From Octopus bimaculoides (lineage: Eukaryota), in NCBI RefSeq assembly GCF_001194135.2, contig NC_068983.1:122318934-122363453 (forward strand): a stretch of DNA of 44,520 bases, read 5' to 3'. The translations under genes were made by a program, and so were the position numbers. The notes under the pieces were generated by a model. It ran no database searches. It was given only the letters and a program-made list of their open reading frames with translations, and was not told where the DNA came from. Shown piece by piece: positions 24,361-37,412 of this stretch (positions within the stretch are counted from its first letter, which is position 1; the number at the start of each line of letters is the position of its first letter).

Positions 24361-26390
24361 AAAACAATGAGGCCGAACTAAGATATTCCTTCCTACATAC
24401 ATACATATATACATACATACATATACACACCGTCTAAGAATTCATAAGTAAGAAAAAGTATGCATTTGTTCATTTGACAGAGTAGGCATATTAATCGAAG
24501 TGTACAGTGTTACATATCTGTAGCGAGACTGTTGTCATAAATTGTCGCATCGTTTAGATTTAATTAAATAGTCGGAAATCGGCTCATCCTGCATGTTCCA
24601 AATGATTGGTCATATGAACAGGTCATGTGATGGCGTAATACGTGACCGAGTATGTTTCTTGGATTGGTCTAGTTTTACGTGAGATACAATTTTCTATCTA
24701 ATCGCGTTGTACGATAGACACACCAGTGCGGCAAAGTCAAATGCCTGTATGAGCCTCATTTTATCTTTAAATAGGAGAGTTTTCCCTGTTTTGGCCAGTG
24801 AGATGAGAATTTCCTGGGAGCTATGTCACGTTATTTTGTTCCTGTTTCTGAAGCACATGTAACCAAATCCCGACTGAATTGAGAAGCCGACTATGTATGA
24901 TTTTTACAGATAGTTATCTTCATGATGTATCCAACTGGTTTGCTGTACAAATTAATTTAGCAAATGAGTAATGTGTCACAGTTCATTGAAAACCCTTTTT
25001 CTTGTATTTCTTTCCACTGTTTCATATACAACTCAGGGAACCAAGAAGTTGTAATAATACAAAGGCCGGAGACAGCTTCATACCAGTTAAATATCCATTA
25101 CGGCCGATGTTACTAGTCGGTTTCGCAGTGGGGGGTTCAACAAGATGTTAGGTATCAGCCCAGTTATGCAAGCCTGTGCTCTTCTGGGTTAGCAGTTGTG
25201 GAAGAAAATAAGGCGACTGCTCGGGAGGTGAAAAAATGCACTCAGTTTGTGGTTGTAAAAAAAATGACGAAACCAATTGAGCAAAAGTTAAGTTCAGAAT
25301 TTTATCTTTTGGCTGTAGTAAGACTATAAGAGTTTTCTAGAAATGTGTGTACGGTTTAGGGAGTGATATTTTTGTAGGATTGAAACGAATGCAGTGGTAC
25401 TTTAAGGATAGCGACCTTTGGGCATCCGTCATCCCGAAAACGCTACACATATGCCGCTGCACATATTCCAAACCTAGCTCTTAACTTAAACCTTGTTCGT
25501 TTCGTCTTTTTTCATGTAACCACAAACCGTATATTTCCTTCCATAACTGCTAAGTCTGAAGAGCGCAGCGTTACATAATCGGCTATTGCTTAACATCCCG
25601 TTGAATCCCCAGTGCGAAATCAATTGGTAAGATCGGCCGTAATGGATATATATACTGTACACTTCGATTAACGCGCGCGCGCACATACACACACAGACAC
25701 ACACACACATACACATTTATAATAAGATTAAAATGTGGCGTAGAAGGTCGACAAAGGAACATATGGAAAATTCACACGCAAGACGTGAACATGCTCTTCC
25801 CTCATCAGTTATCGTCCAAAAGCCATAATATCGCACCTTCAACGATAAGATTGTTCATATTGGTGGTGTCAACAACGAAAAGCTGCTTGGAATGAAAACA
25901 AACAAAAGGCACAGTTAGTTGGTACTATATAAATATACACATTCAGATAAAGGCCTTACGGCTATGAGACAGCGTTAAAACAAGACATGTGTAGAATGGA
26001 AATGATGTCCTATTGGAAAATGATGTCCTATTGGACTTGAAAACGACCGTAAATGTGGGAAAGATGTGGGAACAAAGATGTGGGGACAAAAGAGGATTGT
26101 GAGTGGTGCTGTATTAAAAAATAAGATTCAAAGATTGTATTATATGATCGGATGCATTCAAAGCACCACAATTCAGGTTTCGGCTCTAATACTAATAGAC
26201 TTAAGCTTCCCCTGTCGCTTCTACACACTGGTTATATGTATTCGAGGGTGAGCAATGACGCAATAAAAAGAGCACAGAATAATGAGAGAAAAAATTATGG
26301 GTGTTGTCTTGGTTATTTCAAGTGTTACATACGTTTCAGTATTCTGCAGCATAAGACGTCACACAATGGATGCAACCAGTAGATGTATCC

Positions 26391-27029
26391 TATAGGAAAG
26401 TATGATGAGCAAACACATCGCCAGGTAGTTGAAGAGGAAATACGAGACCAGCAGCAACCAAATTTAAACACGCAAGTTAAAAATAATGTCGCGAAATCAA
26501 TTTGCCGTTCACACTTCCAAAGCCGAGACTATAATTGATTTAAAATTTTGGGACAAGGTCAGCAATTTCGGGAGAAGGGCTAAGTCGATTACAACGACCT
26601 CAGTAATCAACTGGTACTTATTTTATCGACTCCGAAACGATGAAAAGAGAAGTTGACCTCAGTGGAATTCGAGCAGCGACTTAGCAGAATCGTTAGCACG
26701 CCGGGTAAAATGCTTAACAGCATTTCGTCCGTCTTTATGCTCTGCGCTCAAATTCCGGCGAGGTCGACTTTCCTTTTCATTGTTTACGAGTTGATAAAAT
26801 AAGTACCAGTTGATTACTGGGGTCGATGTAACCGACTTACCCCTTCTACCGAAATTACTGCCCTTGTCCCAAAATTTGAAATCAATATAGTCTCGACTTT
26901 GGAGGTGTGGACGGCAAATTGATTTCACTGCATTATTTTCAACCTGTGTGTTCAAATTTGGTTGCTGCTGGTCTTGCCTTTCCCTTTTAACTGCTTGTCG
27001 ATGTGTTTGCTCATCAGACTATCCCTATA
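26391..27029. repeat. Long inverted repeat: arms 26391-26674 and 26746-27029, 71 bp spacer; contains SINE sequence
   Basis: Arms are reverse complements of each other, roughly 80-85% identical by eye. The right side includes a near full-length tRNA-derived SINE (about 26675-26890); the left holds its 5'-truncated inverse. Confidence 0.9.
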
Positions 27030-27521
27030 TTAACAGTTGTTTTACGATGCTCGTTCATTTTGCGTTCAAAATTAATATTTTGACAATCTTATTGATGGCA
27101 GTATCAGAAATTGATGAACCAAACTAAGTAGTTTAAACAGATATTAACTAGATTAGCTTTGGATAAGTCAGCTAACACTTTTAGGCCTGCATACATCTAT
27201 ATGAATTAAGTAATTCGTTACTATTGGTTTTAACAACGAAATATTTGTCAGCCAATGTTTTGAATTTAAATCCCACCAAGAGTAACCCAACAAATTTCCC
27301 TCAAAGTACACTTTACTATCTTAAAAAAGAGGAACATTTGATTGGATTGAGTAGTCGTAATGAATTATCTAAAAGTTTTGCGAGCCTGACCCTTACATCA
27401 AGCAGTATATTATCAAATATTCATATTATATATGCAATTTATACTTCTATGATTTTCTAATTGGTCGATTAATATAATTTTTAGATCTAGATATATTTAT
27501 CTCTTTTTTTTTCTTTTGCAG

Positions 27522-27537
27522 GGTGCTGATCCCAATG
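27522..27537 (+). CDS. Astacin-like metalloprotease, 16 nt microexon (GADPN-G)
   Basis: Strong acceptor (ctctttttttttcttttgcAG) and perfect donor GTAAGT; phase 0 to 1 joins in frame with the next exon. Confidence 0.7.
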
Positions 27538-27779
27538 GTAAGTTTTATTTCAAACACTTCATTGTTAAATATTCATTTCTTCTAACTAAATAAAGAATTC
27601 GTAGGAAAACAATATGTAGACAAAATGGATTGTATATATATATATATACGAGTGGGTAGAAAAACGAAAGAAGGGCACTCAAAGCATTTATTGGGAGTTA
27701 CATGTATAGATCAAAACAGTTTGATTCAGACTCCTTGGTACTCTGAGTTTCAAGCGTGTGGCTAGTCTTCGGCCATTGG

Positions 27780-28435
27780 GGTCAGAATGAGAGTTCAATT
27801 GAAGACAGTCAATGTTTAACTACTGGGTGATTGGTCGAGAAAGGTCACACGGTATAGCAGTTTAATGTTGGTGTTCCAGTGACAACAATTAATTGGAAAA
27901 TACTGCATGTTGAACAGGAAATCGACCGCGTGGTGGACAAGAAATCGGTCATGTGGATGGGGGAAGTAGGAAGGGACGGTATATGTAGGGGTATATATGT
28001 ATATAGGATGATGCAAGCAGGGCTCAAGAGACATTTAAGGAAAAAGGTGAAGACTGAGAAGGTGAATGACAAGGACCTTTTTGTGTGCACAGTCTGTGAC
28101 AGACCATGTCTGTCCTTGGCTGGCCTCAAATCTCACCTGCGAACCCATGGAAAACAAACCTCATCCAGCTATTCTGATTATATGTCTGTGCACACGTTTG
28201 AATGTGGTGTGTGCCAGAGGGTTTGCAAATCCAATGGGGGTCTTAAAAGACATGTTAGGATCCACAATGAGCAGAACTTACTTGCAGGTATTGGTAGTGC
28301 AAATCAGAGGTGCAATCTGTGTGGGTGTTTTTTCAAAACACTGTCTGGTTTAAAAAGCCACATCAGACGCCATGAAAGGGCTAAGGTGTAGGTGCAGGAG
28401 GTGGTTAAACTCTGTTTAAGGAGTAGACAACCACC
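27780..28435 (+). mobile_element. 3' end of an RTE-clade LINE with three C2H2 zinc fingers
   Basis: GNRPRGGQ (RTE post-RT motif) in a shifted frame. ORF 27879-28391 has CTVC..H..H, CGVC..H..H and CNLC..H..H fingers, then a short 3' UTR and a (CA)-rich tract. Confidence 0.7.
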
Positions 28436-28790
28436 ATGTACACATATATGCCCATATATCTGCGTGTATGCATCCGTACTTATACGAGTGTGTATGAGTG
28501 TTTAGGTGTACCTTCACACATCCGCACGTGTACACACACACACACACACATTCGAAGGCGCACACGCGCACACACAGACACACACACACACACACATACA
28601 CACATACGGACACATGCACACGTACGCGTGCACACCTTTATCTCCATGCACACGCGCGTGCACACAAGTGTGCACGTGTACATACATGCATAGGCACAGG
28701 TGCACGTGTCTATGGGCGCGCACACACATCCGTGCGCATGCATACGGTGAGCAGATGCTTATGCTTATGCACGCGCGCACATATACTCTT
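28436..28790. repeat. Imperfect (CA/TG)n alternating purine-pyrimidine tract
   Basis: Direct reading; source of the His/Thr- and Cys/Val-rich ORFs. Confidence 0.9.
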
Positions 28791-31500
28791 GCGTTGATTC
28801 ACAAGGGGTTATGTACAAGGGGTGAGAGTATGCAGGTAGACAGGCATGGAGAAGTGTTGGGTTTTAGTGATTTGTGGTGCTGTTTATGGGAGTTAATTTG
28901 TGACGGTGACCTTGGTGCAGGCGGTGCCAGGCGTGGCTAGTACTAAGGAGGTATATCCAGGTTGTCGGCGGCCAGTAGCTTCAAATTTACCAGAAAGGCG
29001 TACCTCTGGTGACAACAATACGATACTTCATATTTTTTGTGGATGGATACTGGGGGTTGGTAGATGATATGGAGTTTTTCGCGGAGGCACAGTTCACAAT
29101 TAGGGACACCGGGTGAATATGGTGGCGTCCTGCCGATAGTAGTTCAATTGACGCTGGGTGTTTCGTCACAGAGGAAATTCCAAACTGTGCTATTTATCTT
29201 GAACCACTACAAACAAAGGATCTTTGTTTTCAGAAATTCTTGGATTCTGAATTGACTAAACGATCTGCTATTAAGTTTTAATAGAATGCTTATTTGGAAA
29301 CTGCTTAGGGAACTGGTATATCTCACTATCGACCTGATGGTAAGCTAAAGAAACACGATGGCGAATATACTTTCTTTTGGAAAGGAAAACTATAAGAAAA
29401 CATGGAGCAGATTTTGTGGTCTGCAGTAAAGTGGTTGACAGGTTAAATGAACTTACTACTGGCATTAATGGAGATAGATGACTTCAATTAAAACTTACTA
29501 AATCTAACAAAATTGGTTACTTACGCAATAGTCATCAGTGCGGTAGTGGTCACACATAAGAGTTAAGAGAATTTTATGCTAACGTATACCTTGTCCTATC
29601 CAGTACACCCAACGCACCCATGCCTCATCTTGCCTCACAAAAATCCGGATATCGGGGCTTCTGGAGAATATGCAAAATGTTCTCAGCAAGGGCAAATCGT
29701 CTGTTCCTTCTCATTTCTCACAACGTTAAGAATTGTCTAACAAAAACTACGCACAAATCAAACAACTGATTGGAAGAAAGAAAATGGATTTTGAATAATG
29801 AGCACAAAAGGAGAACTTGCCAGCTAGAAAAACACTACAGTTTAGAAACAAATACGTGCAATGAAGAACTTTTTGATGGCAGATTGAAACACGAAATTCA
29901 AAAATTAATTGACATACATGATACAAGAGGATTTTTCAGGACGACAAAAGCAATTTAAGATTCTAGAACAGCCGCTCCATTACCCTTCAGATCTAAAGAC
30001 AGTACAAAACTTACAAAGGAGCAAGAAGCTATCAACAAGCGATGGAAAGAACATTCCGAAGACTTGCTAAATCATGACTGTGCAGCCAACAAAAATATCT
30101 GAACAATATTGCACAAAAGACAACGGTAGATTTCTTTATTAGCCACGCAAGGCACTGAACATTACAGAAACCAAATAAGAAAGCCGTACTCTGAAAAAAA
30201 ACCCAAAGAAAAAACAAAGAAAACATGGAACCAGATCTGATTGTATGCTGAGATATATAAACTTGTAAATGAAGCACAAACAACAAGTTTTACATTCCGA
30301 GAAGAGATATCAGCTGACTTCAGAGGTAAACTATTATTGCCATATCAAAGGAAAAGGACATAAATCAGATTGTAACAAACTACAGAGAAATTTCGCGTTT
30401 GTAAACTACTTCAAAATTTCTGGCAACAACTCAACGGATTCATCCCACAATCTGAGACTCACAAACTAGAATCTTTTAGAATAGCTATTAGTATGATTTG
30501 TTGCAACTGCCAGTCACAGGAGAAATGCCTTGAGCAACACAGACTGTTGGATAAAACAACCTTTGACCTACCAGGACATTTGATTTCATAGATTGTGCTA
30601 GCCAAACTTAACTATACACAAAAATTCATTGCACTTACATGGTTTCATTATAAGAACGTTCAAAACCGAAGTTTAGTGCCACTCACAAAAACAGATTTTC
30701 CCATCCTTCTCTCAGTTATAATCCAGCTTACTCCGAGAAAATAGCCAGATATATTGTTCAACCCTGTTAGATACATCCCAGAATAAAGTCCTCCACAACT
30801 GAACTTCAGTACACAGATTATATCACAGCTAGTGAGACTTCAGATGAAAAACTACGGACAATTGCCAACATTTTCACTGACGTATAGGAGAGAATGCGAC
30901 TGACTCTCGACTTAAGTAAAACAAAGATCTTAAATCAAGAGTCTCTAACTAATAAGAACCTAGACTAATAGAACATGGACAGATGGTGGAAAATATAGAA
31001 CCATTCCATTGTCTGATTACCTATGACAATGTAGATATCGATGAGGAGATCCTGCACCGAATAAAATGTGCCAGCGCAGTCATTGGTCATCTGAAAAGAT
31101 GAAGATCATGATCGGAGGCAATCAGTACGGCGTAATAGGCAATTGTTATGGCATCCATCCTCTTATATAGCTGTAAAACCTAGAAAAGATAAAGGCATGT
31201 CCATAAGCTGAAAATATACCACCAGACATGTTCGAGGAAGGTCATGCACATCCAGTGACAGAACAGACGGAGAAATGTTAGTGTGCTTGAGCAAACAAAT
31301 ATCTCCTGGATTGAAATCATATTTAAGCAACCATCTGTTTTGACGAGTTGTGTCGTATGAATGGTTGACTCTCGGCTGTTTAAACAATTGTTTTATGGGT
31401 GAAGATACAATAGAGCACTCGATGTGGACAAAGGAAGCAGTTCAAAGGCACTTAAAGGAAATTTGAAGAGATCGTCGATAGATTCCCTAAAGTGACATAA
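28790..31500 (+). mobile_element. Heavily decayed, near full-length RTE (BovB-like) LINE
   Basis: APE remnants (DGEYTFFWKG...RLNELTTGING), linker (EIQKLIDIHDTRGFFRTTKAI; QQRWKEHSEDLLN), RT start (KGKGHKSDCN..RG-like) and 3' region (MVDSRLFKQLFYG). Numerous stops. Confidence 0.8.
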
Positions 31501-31750
31501 GACTCAATATTCTAGACATTTTTCACAAGCACATTCACGAACTATTTAAGTGAAATGACTTTAATTATATTGGACATCGTGTCACAAGTTAGAAACAACT
31601 TTGCAGAAATTAATCCTATAAATTACAATAGCAACAAAATTTTTTAATAAAATTACATATTAGCATTTAACACACTTTGTAATTATTGATATGTAACGAT
31701 GTATGCCCGTAAAAAGTATGTTGCTAAACTGAATGTTTTTACTACTTTAG

Positions 31751-31783
31751 GTTTTGATGAAAGATACCCAGAAGAAAATCCAG
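31751..31783 (+). CDS. Astacin-like metalloprotease, 33 nt prodomain microexon (G-FDERYPEENP-G)
   Basis: Acceptor ttttactactttAG, donor GTAGGT; phase 1-1. EENP-G is typical just before the astacin FEGDI motif. Confidence 0.85.
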
Positions 31784-32529
31784 GTAGGTGAAGATTATTT
31801 ACTTGTGCAACTAAGACTCTCTCTGTGTTAGTGCGCTTTTGCTTGTCTTTGTATGTGCGTGTGCATGTATTTGAGCGTGAAATTATATTGAGGCAATTTA
31901 ACCATTTTTGTAATGGTGTGGCTACACATCAATAAAAATGTCTTATAGCACCCAGATAGTTGGCCAAACGGTATGGTATGACCCATAGGTCCATCTTCTC
32001 AGATCATACTTCACACTCCGATATGCAGTTTTGATGAATCAGCATAGCAGTGTGACACTGGTGTCTTGTAGCACTATCCCTGACGTTCAACCTATTTTCT
32101 GTGCAGCCACAAATTCTAGCGATGGTCTCAGCAGAGGCGGGTGAGCTACTGTTCTTTTGCACTTTTTGTTAGTAGTATGCATATCAGCAAGATATATGCA
32201 GAGAGGTTATTGATGTTTCACCTATTGAATATTTTGTTTTCTGATCTGTTGTATTTGTGTCTGGATATTGGAAACAACTTTTTCATGTAGATGCATGAAC
32301 AGTTGTATTGTTTGCTGATTACTACGTTCTATAAAATGTTCACATTGATTAAAAAACAAACAACTTCTTTATTCAATCATATTATTAGAATCAACATAAT
32401 CTAATGCTATGCAATTATAATTCAGAATAAATGTTTAGCTCGAGAGGGCTGTGTATAATTTCCGCTGTATAATCCAGCAAAGGCAGCAAGGTGTAATCTT
32501 TAATAATCTGTCACTTTAATAATCTGTCA

Positions 32530-32808
32530 TTGGACCGCAGCCATGCTGTCGTACCGCCTTAAAGGCTTTTTAGTCGAAAAAATCGACCGGTATTTATCTA
32601 AAAAAAAAAAAAATCGGTGCTTGTTCTATTAACACTTTTGCCAAACCGCTAAGTGGAAGGTGTTTATAAATCATTTAAAATAACACACAAAAACCGTTAG
32701 TTTTTGTGCGTTATTTCAAATGGCTTATAAACACCTTCCAGGCTGCAATTGTTTTCGTTCCAGCACACGATCTCAGATCAGGTCACTTGCTATGCAAGTA
32801 CGTCTCCG

Positions 32809-32848
<40 letters not shown>

Positions 32849-33350
32849 AGAGAGGGAGAAAGAGAGAAAGTGGGTGAGAACAAAACAAGCTCAGGATAAG
32901 TAACACAGAGCAATGTTCAAATGAATGTTAAATCAAAACCTTTTCATCCAGGATGGAGCCTACGGCGCAGAAGTGGCTATTAGAGCAATCCTTACCGAGC
33001 TGTTATGTAGGTAGTAAAATAAATAAATCCAGTTAGGCTGGAGGTATATATTTACATGGAACACAAAATACAGAAAAATATTTATATGTAACAAAAGAAC
33101 ATTTTGTTATGTTTTATCTCGACAGATGTTTCAAGAAGCTTCTTCTCCTCCCTCTCTCACCATACACACGCGCGCGCACGCACACACACACACGCATGAC
33201 GGGCTTCCACACAGTTTCCGCCGACCAGTTCATTCGCAAGACGATGGTTGGCTCAGGATAATAGTAAAGGTGTCGCGCAGTGGGACTGAACCTGAAACCA
33301 CGTATTTGCAAAGCAAGCTTTTTAACCGTACAGCCATGATTGCTCCTAAA
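32530..33350 (-). mobile_element. Interrupted tRNA-derived SINE with internal CA repeat (tail about 32530-32680, head about 33170-33350)
   Basis: Tail gcagccatgctgtcgtaccgcctt...aaccgctaag and head gcgcagtgggactgaacc...acagccatg; same family at 34930-35232 and 39395-39600. Confidence 0.65.
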
Positions 33351-33429
33351 TGTCAATTAGTTGAACATTTTGCGATTTGTCTAAAACTGGAGCTAACAAT
33401 GATAGTTTTACTGTTAATGAATCGGAGCA

Positions 33430-34345
33430 TTATGTATATATAATTTCTTTATTAAACAGAATAGCAATCAAACATTCTATTCATTGTAAAATAGCTGGTG
33501 TCAGGCTTAATATACTGATTAACTCTGGCACTTTTGTTAATGTTACTGGTAAGGATACTTGGGAAATTCTTAAATCTTCGAAGTACTTTTGTGATAGTTG
33601 AAAAGCTAATCAGAAATTATTTACATATGAAGGTAGGAAGCCTTTGAATGTTATCGGAAAATCCAAACCGCATACTGAAATTCTATAAGTAAACGACAGA
33701 ACTCCTTGATATTGAAGGAAGTGGACCATCAATTTAGGGAACTAGAACTTGGTATTCTGGAAATCGCAGAAAACACTGCATCACTCGATCAGTTATCAGA
33801 AATTCAATTGGGTGTTGGCTGTTTAAAAGACTTCCAGGTGTCTCTTCACTTTGATTTAACTGTCCAGCCTGTTATCCAGAGTTTACGCCCAAGTCCTCTG
33901 AGGAAAGGTAACTGAAGTTTTACAAGAATTGTTAGACACGGATATTATAGGACGTGTAGAATACTAATCGAACTGGGTTAGTGCTATTGTTCAAGTACTA
34001 AAGAAAAATGGTTCTGGGCGTATATGTGTAGATACGTGTAACCCATATTTCGCAGCCAAAAGAGTAAGATAACCGATTGCACCCATCCACCAAAATGATT
34101 GAAGGCTATAGAGAAAGCATTCTCAAACTTTGATATTAAAAGGGGCTCTCATCAGATTGAGTTAGATTAAGAAAGCAGAGAAATAACATCTTTTATCATT
34201 CACCAGGCTTTGATTAGATACAGGAGGTCATTTTGAGGATTTCTTCAACACCACATGAATTCCAATACATCATTAGTCAAAATCTGAGAGAAAAACTGCA
34301 AGAGAGCACCAATTCTTTTGATGATATTGTTGTGCATGGGATAAT
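33430..34345 (+). mobile_element. Gypsy/Ty3 pol remnant (aspartic protease plus RT N-half)
   Basis: LNILINSGTFVNV (LIDSGA-like), GVGCLKDFQVSLHFD..VQPVIQ, WV..IVQV.KKNGSGRICVD, FSNFDIKRGSHQIELD.ESREITSF, NSFDDIVVHG. No LTRs recognised. Confidence 0.85.
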
Positions 34346-34585
34346 ACCCAACGGATACAAACTTCTGGAATTTTATTTTATATGACTATGATATATGCAA
34401 CTTCACAGTCGTTAAAACACACACATATCCTCCCACAAATATATACACACGCATTCGTTGATACACGCTATCTCTATACGTTAGTACATACACATGTATT
34501 CATTTAATCATACAGAAAAACATTCAGTTGATTATTCTGTTATAAACATTTCATAACAAACCAAATTAATCTTGTACAATTACAG

Positions 34586-34629
34586 GTTTGTTTGAAGGAG
34601 ACATTGAACTTGATGGTGAAAGCCCATTC
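34586..34629 (+). CDS. Astacin-like metalloprotease, 44 nt prodomain exon (G-LFEGDIELDGESPF)
   Basis: Acceptor ttgtacaattacAG, donor GTGCGT; phase 1 to 0. Carries the FEGDI aspartate-switch motif of astacin propeptides. Confidence 0.9.
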
Positions 34630-34746
34630 GTGCGTAACTATTCTTCGCATTTTTTTTTTCAATGATTTTTCTTTTAAATCACCAAGCTCAAATTACCTCA
34701 AGTGCTTAGTTTTTGTGTGTGAATGTATTTTGTGTAATCTCTTTAC

Positions 34747-34779
<33 letters not shown>

Positions 34780-34789
34780 NNNNNNNNNN

Positions 34790-34842
<53 letters not shown>

Positions 34843-34929
34843 ATCATACTACACGTTTTCAGTCTATGATTTTGTCATCCTACTTTTTGAAGTGTGAATG
34901 AATATATTTTTCATCTTTTACTTGATTCA

Positions 34930-35232
34930 GTTATTGGGCTGCAGCCAAACTAGGATATCACCTTGAAGAGTTCAGTGGAAAAAATAAACTCCAGCACTTG
35001 TTCTGGTATTTATTCTGTCGGTCGCTATTGTTGAACCGCTGGTTAAGGGGACATAAACAAACCAGTACAGGTTGTCAATCAGTGGTGAGACAAACACAAC
35101 ACAAACACACATACATACACATATTTATTCGACGGATTTTTTCCGTTTCCGTCTACCAGGATACTACGAAATGGAGTTGAATTTGAAACGACCGGGTTGA
35201 AAAGTGAGCTTCTTAACTACACAGCCATGCCT
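34930..35232 (-). mobile_element. Decayed SINE with internal CA repeat
   Basis: Same modules as 32530-33350 and 39395-39600. Confidence 0.6.
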
Positions 35233-35234
35233 GG

Positions 35235-36180
35235 ATTTTATGTTCTTTCATAAGTTTTGATCTTGTGCATATTGGCAGCGCCAGCGTTTTGTAACAGCAT
35301 GGGCAAGTTTCAACCAGAAAACAATGAGGACGGGCAAAGTTTTTATGAGTCTTTGTATAAGGAAGTAAAAATTCAAGTACCAGCGAGTGGGATACCAAGT
35401 TCATTCGATATGTCTCTAACATGATCATCAATGTTGAGAAACTGTTCACTTTGGTAATTAAGACATTGGAACTCCGAATAAATTAGATCTAAAACAAGAA
35501 TACTGAAAGGAAAACTACTACTTGACAAACGATTTCTAACAATTGACTCCTTTAAAGGATGTAGAAATTTGACTCGCCATTTTGTCTTATACAAAAAAAA
35601 AAAAAAACATCTAGTTCTCCCTAATATGTTCCGTGGATCGTTGCTTGATACCTCGTACTTTTATCATCCAACTATTTTATTCGACATCAAGATCCCAAAT
35701 GCAACTGCATATAAATTCGTTTACTAGCGTTCTCTTAGAAGAACTTATTCAAAGATGACGAAAAGAACACAAACGACTACTGACAAATGCGAAAGAAGTT
35801 TATCCCGCCGATAACTTAGTAACGTCGTTGAAATACGATAGTGTCCAGAATAAATGGAAGTGTACAAGGTATAGCATAAACATGATGCATGTTGATAGGT
35901 CGAACGTATACGGGATAAACTTTTACTCTTGCTAGCTGTCCCTCTTTTTTTCCTATAATGACATAAAGTACTGCGACACAGTGGTTGGAGTCATGATCAG
36001 GTATACTTGCTGCAATATGGTGAAGCATTCTCCCACAGCTTTTACGTTTTTTACAGTCAGCTACTACCAGGTTTAGTCGGTGTGCATGATAATGGAAATA
36101 GACTACAAATGAAATATTAGCACACAGCTTAGCTTGGACACTGTCTATCTCTTGACAGAGGCACCACAAAGTGATATGAA
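35235..36180 (-). mobile_element. hAT transposase remnants
   Basis: VQAKL....VYFHYHAHRLNLVVAD (the hAT YVHCxAHxLNL motif) at about 36050-36150, and MHKIKTYERT resembling the LKRIKTYLRST dimerisation motif near 35240-35280. Confidence 0.7.
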
Positions 36181-37229
36181 GGCGCTATTAGGACGCCAAC
36201 AGCACCGACATTATGCACTGCATGCGATTCAGAGTTAGTCGCTTGATATCCAATAAACTCTTCGGAAATAATATATAGTAAAAAAAAAAAAACATAGTAC
36301 ATCTACTGTCTATAAATATGAAAGAGCTTTCTGATGTTATTTCTAAACTCCACCTGGTTATCATGATTTAAATATTTACATTTTGAGCCCCCCCCCCCTC
36401 CATTATTCCTTCCCTGGTATTATTAGGGTCGTATGCCGATATCATACCCTTACCCACCATGTCCATGTCTTCTTTCTGCTATATAATGCAATTTTTTTGT
36501 GTCCAGTAGTCTTCACATCAATAGTTTCAGTACCTTTTATATCAGTTGTCCTTCGAGGTCGTATCAAAAAGTTCCCGGACTAGTTATGTTTAATGAAAAT
36601 TAACATTTGATGCTCCCAAAAAGATAACTCATATTCCTTGGAGCATCAAATGTTAACGGAGTTTCTTGCGTGTTCGTTATTTGAGACAATTCAAATAAAA
36701 CTTCTCTTAACTGTAGAATACACTTGTGAAAAGTAAAGATTTTCATCTCAAGCACTTCGGACATTCTTTGAGCAGTTTCCATTCTGGTTCTCATAACTTG
36801 TTTCATGAACCGATAACACCAAGATGTATGACCCGTAAAATCTTCTAAACTATTATCATATGTAATTCTCTTTGCTTAAAAAATTATCATAATTGTAGAA
36901 AAGGATAGTCTCCGCCTTCTCTGATTCACAACCTATTCATATATAATTTATTTTCGAGAACTTGCTATTTGCATGTTTACCACTTTTAATGATTTTCAAT
37001 TTTTCTTCTTGATTGCGCTAACAACAGATCCATTTTTCTGTTAGTTCCAGGCCAAAATCTCTTTCGGAATCTCTATTCCCATGCTTTTATTTTGAATAAT
37101 CAATCACAATTTAAATGTAGTTGTGCAGGACAGTCTTTTATGTTTTAGACATTGGGAGGTGGTGAAAGAACAAAACAAAAATGAAGTAACAGACCATTGT
37201 GTTGAGTCAAAAGTTTTGCAATATTTTAT

Positions 37230-37412
37230 TTGATCGGATCCATGAGTCACTTCCTGCGCCCGTGACATTTTATCAACCAAGAGAAGGTGAAGGCTTCAGT
37301 GAAGAAGTTCTTCGTCTCAAAGGACAAGAACTGGCATCAGCATAGGGTCAAAGAAGGGCATAAAATGTGGCTTCAGATGGTACAACACAATGGTTTCTAC
37401 TTCAAATATTAG
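37230..37412 (+). mobile_element. mariner transposase C-terminal fragment
   Basis: MSHFL..*HFINQEKVKASVKKFFVSKDKNWHQHRVKEG.KMWLQMVQHNGFYFKY*, the mariner C-terminus. Confidence 0.8.

Noticed and set aside
26400-26450. (C)UGAUGAG motif in the inverted-repeat arms as a hammerhead
   Set aside because: No stem II closing onto GAAA.
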